Notes: a model not told the origin generated them from the letters alone. Shown: positions 39,305 to 50,191, counted from the stretch's first letter. The stretch: DNA of 64,000 nucleotides from Flaviflexus sp. (GCF_041440645.1 NZ_JASDVN010000047.1:2660-66659), one strand, 5' to 3'. Translations and numbers: made by a program.

Positions 39305-39600
39305 GCCTCATGAACTACGTGCTGTTGGCATTCATCCTGTTTGCCATCGGTGCAGTAGCGGTCCTGACACGGCGTAACGCCATCATCGCCCTCATGGGTG
39401 TCGAGCTCATGCTCAACTCATGCAACCTTGCGATCGTGACGTTCGCCCGCATGCACGGGGATATCACGGGACAGACCGTGGCCTTCTTCGTCATGGTTGT
39501 GGCGGCAGCCGAAGTTGTTATCGGCCTCGCCATCATCGTGTCCATCTTCCGAACCCGCAGGTCCGCGTCGATTGACGCACCGAACCTGCTCAAGAACTGA
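39301..39600 (+). CDS. nuoK: NADH-quinone oxidoreductase subunit K
   Basis: 99 aa, 3 TM, ND4L motif ([22 protein letters not shown]). Confidence 0.95.
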   Translation: MSLMNYVLLAFILFAIGAVAVLTRRNAIIALMGVELMLNSCNLAIVTFARMHGDITGQTVAFFVMVVAAAEVVIGLAIIVSIFRTRRSASIDAPNLLKN

Positions 39601-39612
39601 CGGGGGTAGATT

Positions 39613-41535
39613 GTGAACACAAGCGCAATCGAAGCGACCGGCAACGTGTCGTTGATTTGGCTCGCCGTAGCTATCCCGCTGGTTTCCGCCGGCTTCCTCC
39701 TGCTTCTCGGCAAGTCCGCGAACAAGTGGGGCCACTGGCTCGGCATCCTCGCCTCCACGAGCTCCCTCGCGATCGGTATTCTTGCCGCCCTCGAGCTGCT
39801 TGGTCGTGACGCTTCTGAGCGAGTTCAGAATCTGAACCTGTACGAGTGGATCCCCGGATCCGACCTGAACGTGTCCTTGGGCTTCCGGGTTGACCCGCTG
39901 TCCATCACCTTCGTTCTGCTTGTCACCTTCGTCGGCACACTCATTCACCTGTACTCGGTGAGCTACATGGAGAAGGACCAGGATCGTCGTCGGTTCTTCG
40001 CCTACCTCAACCTGTTCGTCGCAGCGATGCTGCTCCTCGTGCTGGGCAACTCCTACCTGGTCCTGTTCGTGGGCTGGGAAGGCGTGGGTCTTGCTTCCTA
40101 CCTGCTCATCGGTTTCTGGAACCAGGTTCCCGAGAACGCCACCGCGGGCAAGAAGGCCTTCGTCATGAACCGTGTCGGTGACATGGGCATGCTGCTCGCC
40201 ATGATGGTCATGTTTGCCTCCTTCGGCACCGTCACTTTCGATGGTGTTGCCGCTGGAGCAAGCGGGGCATCCGAGGGCATCCTCACCGCGATCGGCCTGT
40301 TCCTGCTTCTCGCTGCCTGCGGTAAGTCCGCGCAGTTCCCGTTGCAGGCATGGCTCGGTGACGCCATGGCGGGCCCGACCCCGGTCTCGGCCCTCATCCA
40401 CGCCGCCACCATGGTGACCGCCGGCGTCTACCTCATGGTGCGCTCCGGCTTCATCTACGAGGGTGCCCCCACCGCTCAGCTCATAGTCGCGATCATCGGT
40501 GTCATCACCCTGATCTTCGGTGCCATTGTCGGTGCCGCGAAGGACGACATGAAGAAGGTGCTCGCAGCTTCGACCATGTCCCAGATCGGTTACATGATGC
40601 TGGCAGCGGGCCTCGGCCCGGTCGGTGCAGCCTTCGCCATCTTCCACCTCGTCACCCACGGCTTCTTCAAGGCCGGCATGTTCCTCGGAGCAGGTTCGGT
40701 CATGCACGCCATGGGCGACGAAGTCGACATGCGCAAGTTTGGTGGCCTGTGGAAGCACATGAAGATCACGTGGGTCACGTTCGGTCTTGGCTTCCTCGCG
40801 ATCATCGGCTTCCCGTTCCTCTCGGGCTTCTACTCGAAGGACTACATCATCGAGGCCGCGTTCGTTGGCGAGGGCTGGCAGCCCTGGGTGTTCGGTACCG
40901 CAACTCTGCTCGTTGCGGGCCTGACCGCGTTCTACATGTCCCGCATGTTCTTCATGATCTTTCACGGCAAGCCCCGCTGGTCAAGTGAAGGACCGGACGC
41001 GAAGCATCCGCACGAGTCGCCTTCCCTCATGACCATCCCGATGATCATCCTCGCGATCGGTTCAGTCGGACTCGGCTTCTTCCTGGATTCGGGTGACCGC
41101 TTCATCACGTTCCTCGAGCCCGTCACTGGCGCAGTCGAGCATCACGACCCGGTGATCCCGGTCCCCGTGATCATCGCCCTCACCCTGACCCTCGTGGCCG
41201 TGGGCGTGGCAGTTGCCTACCTCATGTACGTCCGTCGTGACGTGCCCGTCGAGGCACCCGCCGCAAATGTTCTGGTCACTGCGGCTCGCAACGACCTGCA
41301 CCAGGACACCATCAACGAAAGCCTGTTCATGCGCCCCGGCCAGTGGCTGACGCGCGGAGTGGACGGCACCGACCGGGGCATCATCGATGGCCTCGTCATG
41401 GCTATCGCACGGGGCTTCGGCGCCGTGGGACGGAGCGTCGGTAAGATCCAGAACGGTTACGCACGAAGCTACGCGGGTCTCATGACCCTCGGTGTCGTCG
41501 TCGTCATCGCACTCGCCTTCTTGGCGCGGATCTGA
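39613..41535 (+). CDS. nuoL: NADH-quinone oxidoreductase subunit L
   Basis: ND5 antiporter-like subunit (GWEGVGLASYLLIGFW, KSAQFPLQAWLGDAMAGPTPVSALIHAATMVTAG). Confidence 0.95.
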   Translation: MNTSAIEATGNVSLIWLAVAIPLVSAGFLLLLGKSANKWGHWLGILASTSSLAIGILAALELLGRDASERVQNLNLYEWIPGSDLNVSLGFRVDPLSITFVLLVTFVGTLIHLYSVSYMEKDQDRRRFFAYLNLFVAAMLLLVLGNSYLVLFVGWEGVGLASYLLIGFWNQVPENATAGKKAFVMNRVGDMGMLLAMMVMFASFGTVTFDGVAAGASGASEGILTAIGLFLLLAACGKSAQFPLQAWLGDAMAGPTPVSALIHAATMVTAGVYLMVRSGFIYEGAPTAQLIVAIIGVITLIFGAIVGAAKDDMKKVLAASTMSQIGYMMLAAGLGPVGAAFAIFHLVTHGFFKAGMFLGAGSVMHAMGDEVDMRKFGGLWKHMKITWVTFGLGFLAIIGFPFLSGFYSKDYIIEAAFVGEGWQPWVFGTATLLVAGLTAFYMSRMFFMIFHGKPRWSSEGPDAKHPHESPSLMTIPMIILAIGSVGLGFFLDSGDRFITFLEPVTGAVEHHDPVIPVPVIIALTLTLVAVGVAVAYLMYVRRDVPVEAPAANVLVTAARNDLHQDTINESLFMRPGQWLTRGVDGTDRGIIDGLVMAIARGFGAVGRSVGKIQNGYARSYAGLMTLGVVVVIALAFLARI

Positions 41536-41560
41536 CCGGGACTGGAGGAATAGAGGTTAC

Positions 41561-43120
41561 ATGGATACCCCACAAACGGCAGCCTTTCCCTGGCTGACTG
41601 TCCTAATCCTGGTGCCGCTGGTAGCAGCCATCATTCTGGCTTTCACCAAGTCGTTGCACCGTCAAGCGAAGGCGTACGGCGTCATCGTTTCTGTCCTGGT
41701 TCTCATCGGCGCAGTTGTCGCGTTCGCCAGCGAATTCGATGCGGCTTCGGCCGGCACGGTTCAGCTGGCAGAGACCTACTCGTGGATCCCGTCCATTGGC
41801 GTGTCCATCGCGTGGGGCGCGAACGGCATGAGCGCGGTCATGATCGGACTGTCCGTCCTGCTTGTCCCGCTCGTCATCCTGACCGCCGACTCCGACCGCT
41901 ACCTGCGTCCCCACGAGGCCGAGAGCGGCCGCAGGGATGCTGGTTACGTGACCTGGGTGCTCGCACTCGAGTCCGTCATGATCGCGATCTTCGCGGCACA
42001 GGACGTGTTCCTGTTCTATGTGCTGTTCGAAGCGATGCTTATCCCGGTCTACTTCCTCATCGGTAACTACGGTGGTCCGAACCGCAAGGCGGCTGCACTG
42101 AAGTTCCTGCTGTACTCGCTCGCAGGTGGTCTCATCATGCTCGTTGGCGTGGTCGCGGTTTACGTGGCGGGTCCCGGCGGACCGGAAGGCTTCCTCATCG
42201 CGAACCTCGCGGGAGCAGTCACCGGTTCCGAGACGGCACAGATGCTCATGTTCCTGTCGTTCTTCATCGCGTTCGCGGTCAAGGCCCCGATGTTCCCGGT
42301 CCACACGTGGCTCCCGGACACCACGGAACAGGCACCCGCAGGCACCTCCGCTCTGCTCGTTGGCGTTCTCGACAAAGTCGGCACCTACGGCATGATTGCG
42401 CTGTGTCTGCCACTCTTCCCGGGCGCCATCCAGAGCGCGGGCACCGTTATCATGGTTCTTGCTCTCGTCTCGATCATCTGGGGCGGCTTCATGGCGATCG
42501 CTTCGCGCGACCTCATGCGCCTCATCGCCTTCACCTCCGTGTCGCACTTCGGCTTCATGGTCATGGGTATCTTCTCCGGATCCGAGACCGCCATGACCGG
42601 CGCAATCCTCTACATGGTTGCCCACGGTGTTGGCACCGCGGCCCTGTTCCTCGTTGTTGGCTACCTCGCCAAGAGGGGCGGCAGCCAGCTCGTCACCGGC
42701 TACGGTGGCTGGCAGCGGGTCACCCCGCTCCTTGCTGGCACGTTCCTCATCGCGGGTCTCGCCACCCTGTCCCTCCCGGGCCTGTCGGGCTTCGTCCCAG
42801 AGTTCATGGTCCTGGTCGGCACTTTCGAAGTATCGAAGGTCATTGCCGGAATCGCCGTCATTGGCGTGATTCTTGCAGCTCTCTACATTCTGCTGCCCTA
42901 CCAGCGGGTCTTCACCGGACCTCGCCCCGCCATCCAGGTTCCCGACCTGACTGGCGCTGAGAAGACCGTTGCCGGTGTTCTCGTGGCAGCCATGCTGGCA
43001 CTCGGTTTCTTCCCCGGCCCGATCATCGAGCTGGTTGAGCCGGTTGCTCAGCAGTCCGTCGCGTTCGTATCCGAGACCATCTCGGCTGCGCCCGCGCTCA
43101 TCGAAGGGAACCTCGCGTGA
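41561..43120 (+). CDS. nuoM: NADH-quinone oxidoreductase subunit M
   Basis: ND4 homolog (FYVLFEAMLIPVYFLIG, KAPMFPVHTWLPD). ATG 41561 is chosen over the ORF-track start 41492, which overlaps nuoL. Confidence 0.95.
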   Translation: MDTPQTAAFPWLTVLILVPLVAAIILAFTKSLHRQAKAYGVIVSVLVLIGAVVAFASEFDAASAGTVQLAETYSWIPSIGVSIAWGANGMSAVMIGLSVLLVPLVILTADSDRYLRPHEAESGRRDAGYVTWVLALESVMIAIFAAQDVFLFYVLFEAMLIPVYFLIGNYGGPNRKAAALKFLLYSLAGGLIMLVGVVAVYVAGPGGPEGFLIANLAGAVTGSETAQMLMFLSFFIAFAVKAPMFPVHTWLPDTTEQAPAGTSALLVGVLDKVGTYGMIALCLPLFPGAIQSAGTVIMVLALVSIIWGGFMAIASRDLMRLIAFTSVSHFGFMVMGIFSGSETAMTGAILYMVAHGVGTAALFLVVGYLAKRGGSQLVTGYGGWQRVTPLLAGTFLIAGLATLSLPGLSGFVPEFMVLVGTFEVSKVIAGIAVIGVILAALYILLPYQRVFTGPRPAIQVPDLTGAEKTVAGVLVAAMLALGFFPGPIIELVEPVAQQSVAFVSETISAAPALIEGNLA

Positions 43121-44679
43121 CAAACTTTGTGACCCCAGATATTGACTGGGCTGCGCTCACCCCGATCCTCGTGGTCATGGGAGCAGCCGTACTCGGTGTC
43201 CTCGTTGAGGCCTTCGCGCCCCGTAGCACACGCCGCGCCACCCAGGTGACCATCACGTCGCTGGCTCTCTCTGGCGCGCTCGTGGCGGTCGTGTGGCGCT
43301 GGACCGTTGTCGATAGCGACGGCGCCCAGGAGGTCGTGGGCGGACAGTTCATCGAGGACCCCTTCACCCTGATCGCGCAGGGCGTGGTCCTCGTGGCCGC
43401 CCTGCTCGCCATCTTCGTCATCGCGGATCGCACCCAGACGAAGGAGGGCGCGTTCGCGTCCTCCGCTGCGGCACGCCCCGGTTCCCCCGAGGAACGCGAG
43501 CTGACCCGCGCAGGTATCGCACAGACAGAGGTCTACCCCCTCGTCCTGTTCTCCGTCACCGGCATGCTGGCCTTCCCGGCAGCGGGCGATCTGCTGACCC
43601 TGTTCATCGCGCTCGAAGTTCTTTCCCTGCCGCTCTACATCCTGTCGGGAATGGCACGCCGCAAGCGCCTCATCTCCCAGGAAGCTGCACTCAAGTACTT
43701 CCTGCTTGGTGCGTTCTCGTCCGCGTTCTTCCTCATGGGCCTCGTGCTCCTGTACGGATTCTCCGGCTCGGTACGCTTCTCCGAGGTTGCGTCCGTCACG
43801 ACGCAGACGGTGGGCATGGACTGGCTCCTCATTGGCGGCATCGTCCTCGTCCTCATCGGCCTCCTGTTCAAGGTGGGTGCCGTTCCGTTCCACGCGTGGA
43901 CCCCGGACGTCTACCAGGGCGCCCCGACCCCGATCACGGGCTTCATGGCAGCGGGCACCAAGGTTGCGGCCTTCGCCGCAATGATCCGGTTCCTCTACGT
44001 CATCGCCCCGGGCATGGAGGCGGACCTGGAGGTCCTGCTCTGGACCATCATCATTCTCACGATGCTGGTTGGTACCGTCATGGGTATCGTCCAGACCGAC
44101 ATCAAGCGCATGCTGGCCTACTCGTCGATCGCGCACGCGGGCTTCGTCCTCATCGCGGTCACCTCGTTTGAGGCCTCCGGCATCTCCGCCACCCTGTTCT
44201 ACCTGCTCGCGTACGCGGTCGCCACGATCGGCGCCTTCGCGGTTGTCACCCTCGTTCGCGAGAAGGACAGCCTTGGCAACGTGACCGGTGAGGCAACGAA
44301 CCTCAAGGCGTGGGCCGGACTCGGCAAGACCAACCCCGGTCTCGCTGTTGCGATGCTCATCTTCCTCCTCTCCTTCGCCGGCATCCCGCTCACGGGTGGT
44401 TTCGTCGGTAAGTTCTCGGCCTTCGCAGCCGGTATCGAGGGCGGAGCATGGCCGCTGGTTCTCATCGCGGTTCTCGCATCCGCTGCCACCGCGTTCTTCT
44501 ACTTCCGTCTCATCGTCCTCATGTTCTTCGAGGAGCCCGCGGAGGGTACGACCACGGTTGGCTCCGAGGGCATGAGCCTGGTTGCCATTGTCCTGTGTGC
44601 AGTTGCTACTATTGCTCTCGGTGTCGTTCCCGGCCCCGTACTCGAACTATTTGAACAGGCGGCGGTGCTTCTCCCGTGA
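43117..44679 (+). CDS. nuoN: NADH-quinone oxidoreductase subunit N
   Basis: ND2 homolog (FKVGAVPFHAWTPDVYQGAPTPITGFM, YSSIAHAGF). Confidence 0.95.
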   Translation: MTNFVTPDIDWAALTPILVVMGAAVLGVLVEAFAPRSTRRATQVTITSLALSGALVAVVWRWTVVDSDGAQEVVGGQFIEDPFTLIAQGVVLVAALLAIFVIADRTQTKEGAFASSAAARPGSPEERELTRAGIAQTEVYPLVLFSVTGMLAFPAAGDLLTLFIALEVLSLPLYILSGMARRKRLISQEAALKYFLLGAFSSAFFLMGLVLLYGFSGSVRFSEVASVTTQTVGMDWLLIGGIVLVLIGLLFKVGAVPFHAWTPDVYQGAPTPITGFMAAGTKVAAFAAMIRFLYVIAPGMEADLEVLLWTIIILTMLVGTVMGIVQTDIKRMLAYSSIAHAGFVLIAVTSFEASGISATLFYLLAYAVATIGAFAVVTLVREKDSLGNVTGEATNLKAWAGLGKTNPGLAVAMLIFLLSFAGIPLTGGFVGKFSAFAAGIEGGAWPLVLIAVLASAATAFFYFRLIVLMFFEEPAEGTTTVGSEGMSLVAIVLCAVATIALGVVPGPVLELFEQAAVLLP

Positions 44680-45677
44680 TCGAAGAACTCGTCAACGCTA
44701 CGGGTAGCCTCAACGAGAGGCTAAACGAGCTCATGGTGTCCGTGGAGGACCGTCTCCAGGACGCCGTGCGCTCACCTGAGCCAGACATTGATGCCTTGAC
44801 GAAGCACTTGGCGGCTGCTGGCGGTAAGCGCCTCCGGCCTGCCCTGTGCCTCCTCACCTCGTTCCTGGGTCCCAACCCGGGCAACGAGGAGGCAGAGATC
44901 TCAGCAACAGTTGTTGAGCTCACCCACCTGGCAACCCTGTACCACGACGATGTCATGGACGATGCGCCGATGAGGAGGGGAGTGCCTTCGGCCCAGCAGA
45001 TCGCTGGGAACTCGGCCGCCATCCTCGCCGGTGACGTTCTCTTCGCAAAGGCCTCCGCAATGGTCGCAGGCCTCGGACCGGAGGCAGTCCGCCTCCACGC
45101 CGTCACCTTCGAGAGGCTCTGCTTCGGTCAGCTCCGGGAGACCCTGGGCGCTCCGGACAACGTGAGCCCGCGTGACAACTACATTCACGTCCTCGCCGAG
45201 AAGACCGGTTCCCTCATTGCCGCCTCGGCGCGCTACGGCGTCAACGCGTCCGGGGGAGCCCCCGACATTGCCGAGGCCGTCGCCGACTTTGGCGAGAAGG
45301 TGGGCGTTGCCTTCCAGCTTGCCGACGATGTCATCGACATCATGTCCGATGGCGACGTTACGGGCAAGACTCCCGGCACGGACCTTCGTGAGGGCGTGGA
45401 GACCATGCCGATCCTGCTCCTGAAGGAGCGGAAGGACGCGGGCACGATCGACGCCGAAGGCCAGGAGATCCTCGATCTGCTTGCCGGAGAGCGCGACGAT
45501 GCACAGGTCGAGAGGTCGGTCCAGCTGCTCCGTGGACACGGGGTCATGGACGACGTCCGTCAGCTCGCTCACGACTGGTCCGAAGACGCGGTTGCCTCCC
45601 TCGAGGTCATTCCCGATGGGGAAGTGAAAGACGGTCTTATCGCCTTCGCGCGGCTCATGGTTGATCGCATAAGCTGA
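44676..45677 (+). CDS. Polyprenyl diphosphate synthase (menaquinone side-chain synthase, GrcC1/HepT-like)
   Basis: Both Asp-rich motifs are present (LYHDDVMDD, FQLADDVID). GTG overlaps the nuoN stop. Confidence 0.9.
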   Translation: MIEELVNATGSLNERLNELMVSVEDRLQDAVRSPEPDIDALTKHLAAAGGKRLRPALCLLTSFLGPNPGNEEAEISATVVELTHLATLYHDDVMDDAPMRRGVPSAQQIAGNSAAILAGDVLFAKASAMVAGLGPEAVRLHAVTFERLCFGQLRETLGAPDNVSPRDNYIHVLAEKTGSLIAASARYGVNASGGAPDIAEAVADFGEKVGVAFQLADDVIDIMSDGDVTGKTPGTDLREGVETMPILLLKERKDAGTIDAEGQEILDLLAGERDDAQVERSVQLLRGHGVMDDVRQLAHDWSEDAVASLEVIPDGEVKDGLIAFARLMVDRIS

Positions 45678-45686
45678 GCGCCGAAT

Positions 45687-45727
45687 ATCCGCCCGGGTTC
45701 TACGCGAACACGGGCGGATTACTATTT
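45687..45727 (+). terminator. Hairpin terminator after the nuo-prenyl synthase operon
   Basis: ATCCGCCCG/CGGGCGGAT: 9-bp stem, 15-nt loop, tail TACTATTTACG. Confidence 0.5.
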
Positions 45728-45773
45728 ACGCCGTACAATGTTTTCAGTTGTCCATTCGCAGGAGATAAGTTTC

Positions 45774-48485
45774 GTGTCAAAGTTTCTCAATAAGATTCTT
45801 CGTGCCGGTGAAGGCCGCACGCTGAAGAAGTTGCAGTCGATTGCTAAGCACGTCGACGAGCTGGAGGATTCGTTCCTCGAACTCTCCGATGATGAACTGC
45901 GCGGCATGACCGACGAGTTCAAGGCGCGTTTGGAAGACGGCGAGACTCTCGACGCACTCCTCCCGGAAGCTTTCGCGGTGGTCCGCGAGGCATCGAGGCG
46001 CACCCTCGGACAGCGCCACTACCCGGTTCAGATCATGGGTGGTGCGGCCCTGCACATGGGGAACATCGCCGAAATGAAGACCGGTGAAGGCAAGACCCTT
46101 GTTGCGACGCTCCCGGCCTACCTCAACGCACTCACCGGCAAGGGCGTCCACGTCATCACCGTGAACGACTACCTGGCGACCTACCAGTCCGACCTCATGG
46201 GACGCGTGTTCCGTTTCCTCGGAATGACGACGGGCTGTATCACCTCCGGCATGACTCCTGCCCAGCGCCGCGAGCAGTACGCCGCCGACATCACCTACGG
46301 CACGAACAACGAGTTCGGTTTCGACTACCTGCGCGACAACATGGCATGGAAGGTCGACGAGCTCGTGCAGCGCGATCACTACTTCACCATCATCGATGAG
46401 GTCGACTCGATCCTCATTGACGAGGCCCGTACCCCGCTCATCATTTCCGGCCCCGCCGAGGGGGATGCGAACAAGTGGTACACGGAGTTCGCCCGCATCA
46501 TCAACTCCCTGCACCGCGACACCGACTACGAGGTCGACGAGAAGAAGCGCAACGTCGGCATCCTCGAGCCCGGCATCGACAAGATCGAGGATCAGCTCGG
46601 CATCGAGAACCTCTACGAGACCTCGAATACACCCCTCATTGGTTACATCAACAACGCGATCAAGGCGAAGGAACTGTTCAAGCGCGACAAGGACTACATC
46701 GTCATGGACGGGGAGGTCCTCATCGTCGATGAGCACACGGGTCGTGTGCTTCCTGGCCGTCGGTACAACGAGGGCATGCACCAGGCCATCGAGGCGAAGG
46801 AAGGCGTGAAGATCAAGGCCGAGAACCAGACTCTCGCCACCATCACCCTCCAGAACTACTTCCGCCTGTACGAGAAGATCTCGGGCATGACCGGTACGGC
46901 AGAGACCGAGGCCGAGGAGTTCGCCTCCACCTACGACATTGGCGTGGTCCCCATCCCCACGAACCGCGACATGATCCGCATCGACCAGATCGACGTCGTG
47001 TACCCCTCGGAGCAGGGCAAGCTCAAAGCCATCATCAAGGACATTCAGGAGCGGCACGAGAAGGGGCAGCCCGTCCTCGTTGGCACCACGTCCGTGGAGA
47101 AGTCCGAGGTGATCTCCCGCCTCCTGACGAAGGCGAAGATCAAGCACGAGGTCCTCAACGCGAAGCAGCACAAGCGTGAGGCCGCCGTGGTTGCCATGGC
47201 GGGCCGCAAGGGCGCCGTCACGGTCGCAACGAACATGGCCGGTCGTGGTACCGACATCATGCTCGGCGGCAACGCCGAGTTCCTCGCCGTCGAGCAGATG
47301 GAGCAGAAGGGTCTCGACCCGAACGAGAACGCGGAGGCCTACGAGGAGGCGTGGCCCAAGGTTCTTGAGGCCGCGAAGGAAGCCGTTGCTCTCGAGCACG
47401 ACGAGGTGAAGGAACTGGGTGGGCTTTACGTGCTCGGTTCTGAGCGTCACGAGTCGCGCCGTATCGACAATCAGCTGCGTGGTCGTTCCGGACGTCAGGG
47501 CGACCCGGGCGAGTCCAGGTTCTACCTGTCCCTCGACGATGAGCTCATGCGTCTGTTCGCGAACAACGCGGCCACGAGGCTCCTGAACTCCGACAGCCAG
47601 CCTGATGATCAGCCGCTCGAGTTCCGCAACCTCGCCAAGTCCATCGAGTCCGCTCAGACCACTCTCGAGGCACGCAACGCCGACATTCGTAAGAACGTCC
47701 TCAAGTACGACGACGTCATGAACGATCAGCGCACCGCCGTCTACAAGGAACGCCGCGAGATCCTGGAGGGGGAGGATCTGGCCGATTCGATTCAGTCCTA
47801 CCTCACCCAGGTCGTGTCGGATGTCGTTGCCGGCCACACCGCGGGCGACCCAACCGACTGGGACCTGGACGAGCTGTGGAACGACATGAAGACCGTGTTC
47901 CGCCCCTCCTTCACCGCCGATGAACTCCTCGAAGACGTTGGCGCGAAAAACAGGCTGACCGTGGAGCGTCTCGAAGCGGAGTTCGACGACGACATTCACG
48001 CCCAGTACGAGGATCGCGAAGAAGAGTTCGGCGAGGAGCAGATGCGGGAGATTGAGCGTCGCGTCCTCCTCACGGTTCTCGACCGCAAGTGGCGTGAGCA
48101 CCTGTACGAGATGGACTACCTGAAGGAAGGCATCGGCCTGCGCGCCATGGCCCAGCGCAACCCGCTCGTCGAGTACAAGCGCGAGGGCTACGACATGTTC
48201 AAGGCCATGTCCGTCTCCATCAAGGAAGAGACCGTCCGTTACCTCTTCGGACTGAAGCTCCCCTCCCAGCAGGAGGAGGAAGCCAAGGCCGCGATCTCAT
48301 CCGTCGAATCCGACGATGATGTTGTGGCGATGGCCCGCAGGCAGGAGGCCGCCGACAAGGTGCTCTCCATCCAGCGCCCGCAGTCCAAGATCCGCACGAA
48401 CAAGGACGAGTCCGGTGCCGTGAAGCCCGCTGCGACCGGCCAGAACCGTGCACAGCGCCGCGCAGCCAAGAAGCGCAACCGCTAA
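45774..48485 (+). CDS. secA: Preprotein translocase ATPase SecA
   Basis: [21 protein letters not shown]-terminus, Walker [28 protein letters not shown] and [13 protein letters not shown] 45774 follows GGAGA. Confidence 0.97.
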   Translation: MSKFLNKILRAGEGRTLKKLQSIAKHVDELEDSFLELSDDELRGMTDEFKARLEDGETLDALLPEAFAVVREASRRTLGQRHYPVQIMGGAALHMGNIAEMKTGEGKTLVATLPAYLNALTGKGVHVITVNDYLATYQSDLMGRVFRFLGMTTGCITSGMTPAQRREQYAADITYGTNNEFGFDYLRDNMAWKVDELVQRDHYFTIIDEVDSILIDEARTPLIISGPAEGDANKWYTEFARIINSLHRDTDYEVDEKKRNVGILEPGIDKIEDQLGIENLYETSNTPLIGYINNAIKAKELFKRDKDYIVMDGEVLIVDEHTGRVLPGRRYNEGMHQAIEAKEGVKIKAENQTLATITLQNYFRLYEKISGMTGTAETEAEEFASTYDIGVVPIPTNRDMIRIDQIDVVYPSEQGKLKAIIKDIQERHEKGQPVLVGTTSVEKSEVISRLLTKAKIKHEVLNAKQHKREAAVVAMAGRKGAVTVATNMAGRGTDIMLGGNAEFLAVEQMEQKGLDPNENAEAYEEAWPKVLEAAKEAVALEHDEVKELGGLYVLGSERHESRRIDNQLRGRSGRQGDPGESRFYLSLDDELMRLFANNAATRLLNSDSQPDDQPLEFRNLAKSIESAQTTLEARNADIRKNVLKYDDVMNDQRTAVYKERREILEGEDLADSIQSYLTQVVSDVVAGHTAGDPTDWDLDELWNDMKTVFRPSFTADELLEDVGAKNRLTVERLEAEFDDDIHAQYEDREEEFGEEQMREIERRVLLTVLDRKWREHLYEMDYLKEGIGLRAMAQRNPLVEYKREGYDMFKAMSVSIKEETVRYLFGLKLPSQQEEEAKAAISSVESDDDVVAMARRQEAADKVLSIQRPQSKIRTNKDESGAVKPAATGQNRAQRRAAKKRNR

Positions 48486-48515
48486 CCAACACTCAACGGG
48501 TGAGCCGCCCGTCCG

Positions 48516-48926
48516 TCAGATGACGTCGAGCGCGTTCGCCCGCCACCGGCCCCGATGCATTTCCAGCCTCACGGCACATGCTCGGGGCCGAGTCATGTCC
48601 CACACGACGACACTGGCTTCGCACACGCCGTGCGCGGGAGCGCAGGTCCGGGAACTCATGATCCGCCCGGGAAGCCCCGTCACCTTCTTCATCCGTGCTC
48701 TCATGCCCGCGGCCTGAGCGAGTTCCATGTAGATGTGGGGAGCGAGCCAGCGTTGCAATTGGCGGACGGACCGGTGCCCCGAGAGAACCTCGACAGCCGC
48801 AAGGGCAATGCGTTCGGCGATGGGTTGGGGGTCGGGCAATGGTGCAGCCTCATCTTCAACCTCGTTCGGGGCGGGAGAAGCGATCATTGGTTCTCTCAGT
48901 GTCGTTTTGTCGAGTATCTTATTCAT
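48516..48926 (-). CDS. Rv3235-family (DUF6459-like) conserved actinobacterial protein
   Basis: AAVEVLSGHRSVRQLQRW...ASVVVWDMTRPRACAVRLEMHRGRWRANAL. The family is typically encoded next to secA in actinobacteria (from memory). Confidence 0.75.
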   Translation of the reverse strand: MNKILDKTTLREPMIASPAPNEVEDEAAPLPDPQPIAERIALAAVEVLSGHRSVRQLQRWLAPHIYMELAQAAGMRARMKKVTGLPGRIMSSRTCAPAHGVCEASVVVWDMTRPRACAVRLEMHRGRWRANALDVI

Positions 48927-49044
48927 GATGAGCTACCGATAGTTATTTGTCCGATATTGTCTGTGTTCTCAAGTATTGATGTTGTTCACGTCATTATTAG
49001 TGCATGTGAGAGAGTCATCAACCGGTTACAACCGGTCTTGTGGA

Positions 49045-49074
49045 CAAAAAGATGGGGCCACCAATGGTGACCCC
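49045..49074 (-). terminator. Rho-independent terminator after the small HTH gene
   Basis: Minus strand reads GGGGTCACC-ATT-GGTGGCCCC (one mismatch) followed by ATCTTTTTG. Confidence 0.65.
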
Positions 49075-49089
49075 ATGTAGTCAGTGTCG

Positions 49090-49293
49090 TTACTGACCTT
49101 GAACCCGTCGCCGGGTAGCTTCGTAGCCTTCCTCAATGTACTTATCGAGGATTGACTGCTCAATACGCCACTGCCCGCGTCCACCGACCTGGATTGCTGG
49201 GAGTGTGCCCGTATGAATAAGTGATCTGACCTGAGCCGTCGAAACGTTGAGTGTTTCAGCGACATCGGCAATCGTCATAAATTTTGTGGCCAT
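49090..49293 (-). CDS. Small excisionase-family helix-turn-helix DNA-binding protein
   Basis: MATKFMTIADVAETLNVSTAQVRSLIHTGTLPAIQVGGRGQWRIE. Start taken at ATG 49293 rather than the ORF-track start 49401. Confidence 0.75.
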   Translation of the reverse strand: MATKFMTIADVAETLNVSTAQVRSLIHTGTLPAIQVGGRGQWRIEQSILDKYIEEGYEATRRRVQGQ

Positions 49294-49526
49294 AGTATGC
49301 GATCTCCGCTTCGTTACCCTCATGCACACTTTAAGCCTGGCTGGTTCAAAGGCACTGAAGAGATTATTTTCTTTGAATTTGCCGACCTGGATGGTCGGCA
49401 AAGTGCATTCGGATACTTAACAGTACATCTTGCTAGTATCGGAGTAAATTGTATGGCATGCAACTAACAGGGTCGATTAAGGTTTTATGTGCGTCGATTG
49501 CCAAACCTTGACCAAAGCGGGGCAAA

Positions 49527-49970
49527 ATGGCAACGAGCCGAGTCTTCTTTTCAATCGAACGGCAAAACCTTATCGAACCTCAGCTCTCCCCGCTACTCGC
49601 CCACGCCGTGACGGCGGGACTGACAGCGGCGTTTGCTGATGAGGGGGATGAGGAGCTCGACCTCATTGTCCAGCTCGCAGCCGCGGACGACAACCTCCGC
49701 ACCGTGAGCAACGAGCGGTCGCGACTCGTGGTCGCGGCAGATGCCGAAGTCGAACCCGCGGGCAGCGATGAGGATCCATCGCTTGTCACAGTCCGTGAAC
49801 CAATCGCGTGGGCGAAGGTTGCTGCGATCTTTGCTGACGCGCCGGAGGCTGCAGATGATGTCCTGAGGGCACGTACGGGCGACGAGGCGGCCTGGGACGC
49901 TTGTGCGGGCTGGGAGATGCTCTGGTACCACCCTAGCGAGCGCACGAAGCTAGCAGAGGATCTCGCATAG
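49527..49970 (+). CDS. Hypothetical acidic cytoplasmic protein
   Basis: 147-aa ORF with coding-like position-3 GC bias. I cannot assign a family with confidence. Confidence 0.55.
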   Translation: MATSRVFFSIERQNLIEPQLSPLLAHAVTAGLTAAFADEGDEELDLIVQLAAADDNLRTVSNERSRLVVAADAEVEPAGSDEDPSLVTVREPIAWAKVAAIFADAPEAADDVLRARTGDEAAWDACAGWEMLWYHPSERTKLAEDLA

Positions 49971-50061
49971 TTCCCGGTCGAACTGTTCTGAGTAGCTATC
50001 GGTAGGAATTGGCCCGCGTCGAGCTACCCGTAGGGGGAGGCTAACGCTCGGGGCGATGGTT

Positions 50062-50099
50062 AAAAGGAAAGGTGTGGCGGCCTCGAAGTCGCCACACCT
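50062..50099 (-). terminator. Rho-independent terminator (minus strand) downstream of the hisN-like gene
   Basis: AGGTGTGGCG/CGCCACACCT: 10-bp perfect stem, 10-nt loop. The minus-strand tail reads TTCCTTTTAACC. Confidence 0.7.
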
Positions 50100-50101
50100 T
50101 C

Positions 50102-50191
50102 AGTCTGTGATCAGTGCTCAGTTTGTGATCCCCGCTTAGTCCGTGATCCTCGTTTAGTCTGTGAATCCCGTTCTGGCCGTGACCCACTGGG
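50102..50191. repeat. Degenerate tandem array, 5 x 18 bp, with a conserved GTGA(T)C core
   Basis: Units are AGTCTGTGATCAGTGCTC, AGTTTGTGATCCCCGCTT, AGTCCGTGATCCTCGTTT, AGTCTGTGAATCCCGTTC and TGGCCGTGACCCACTGGG. They lie between the hisN stop (50231) and the terminator. Confidence 0.85.
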
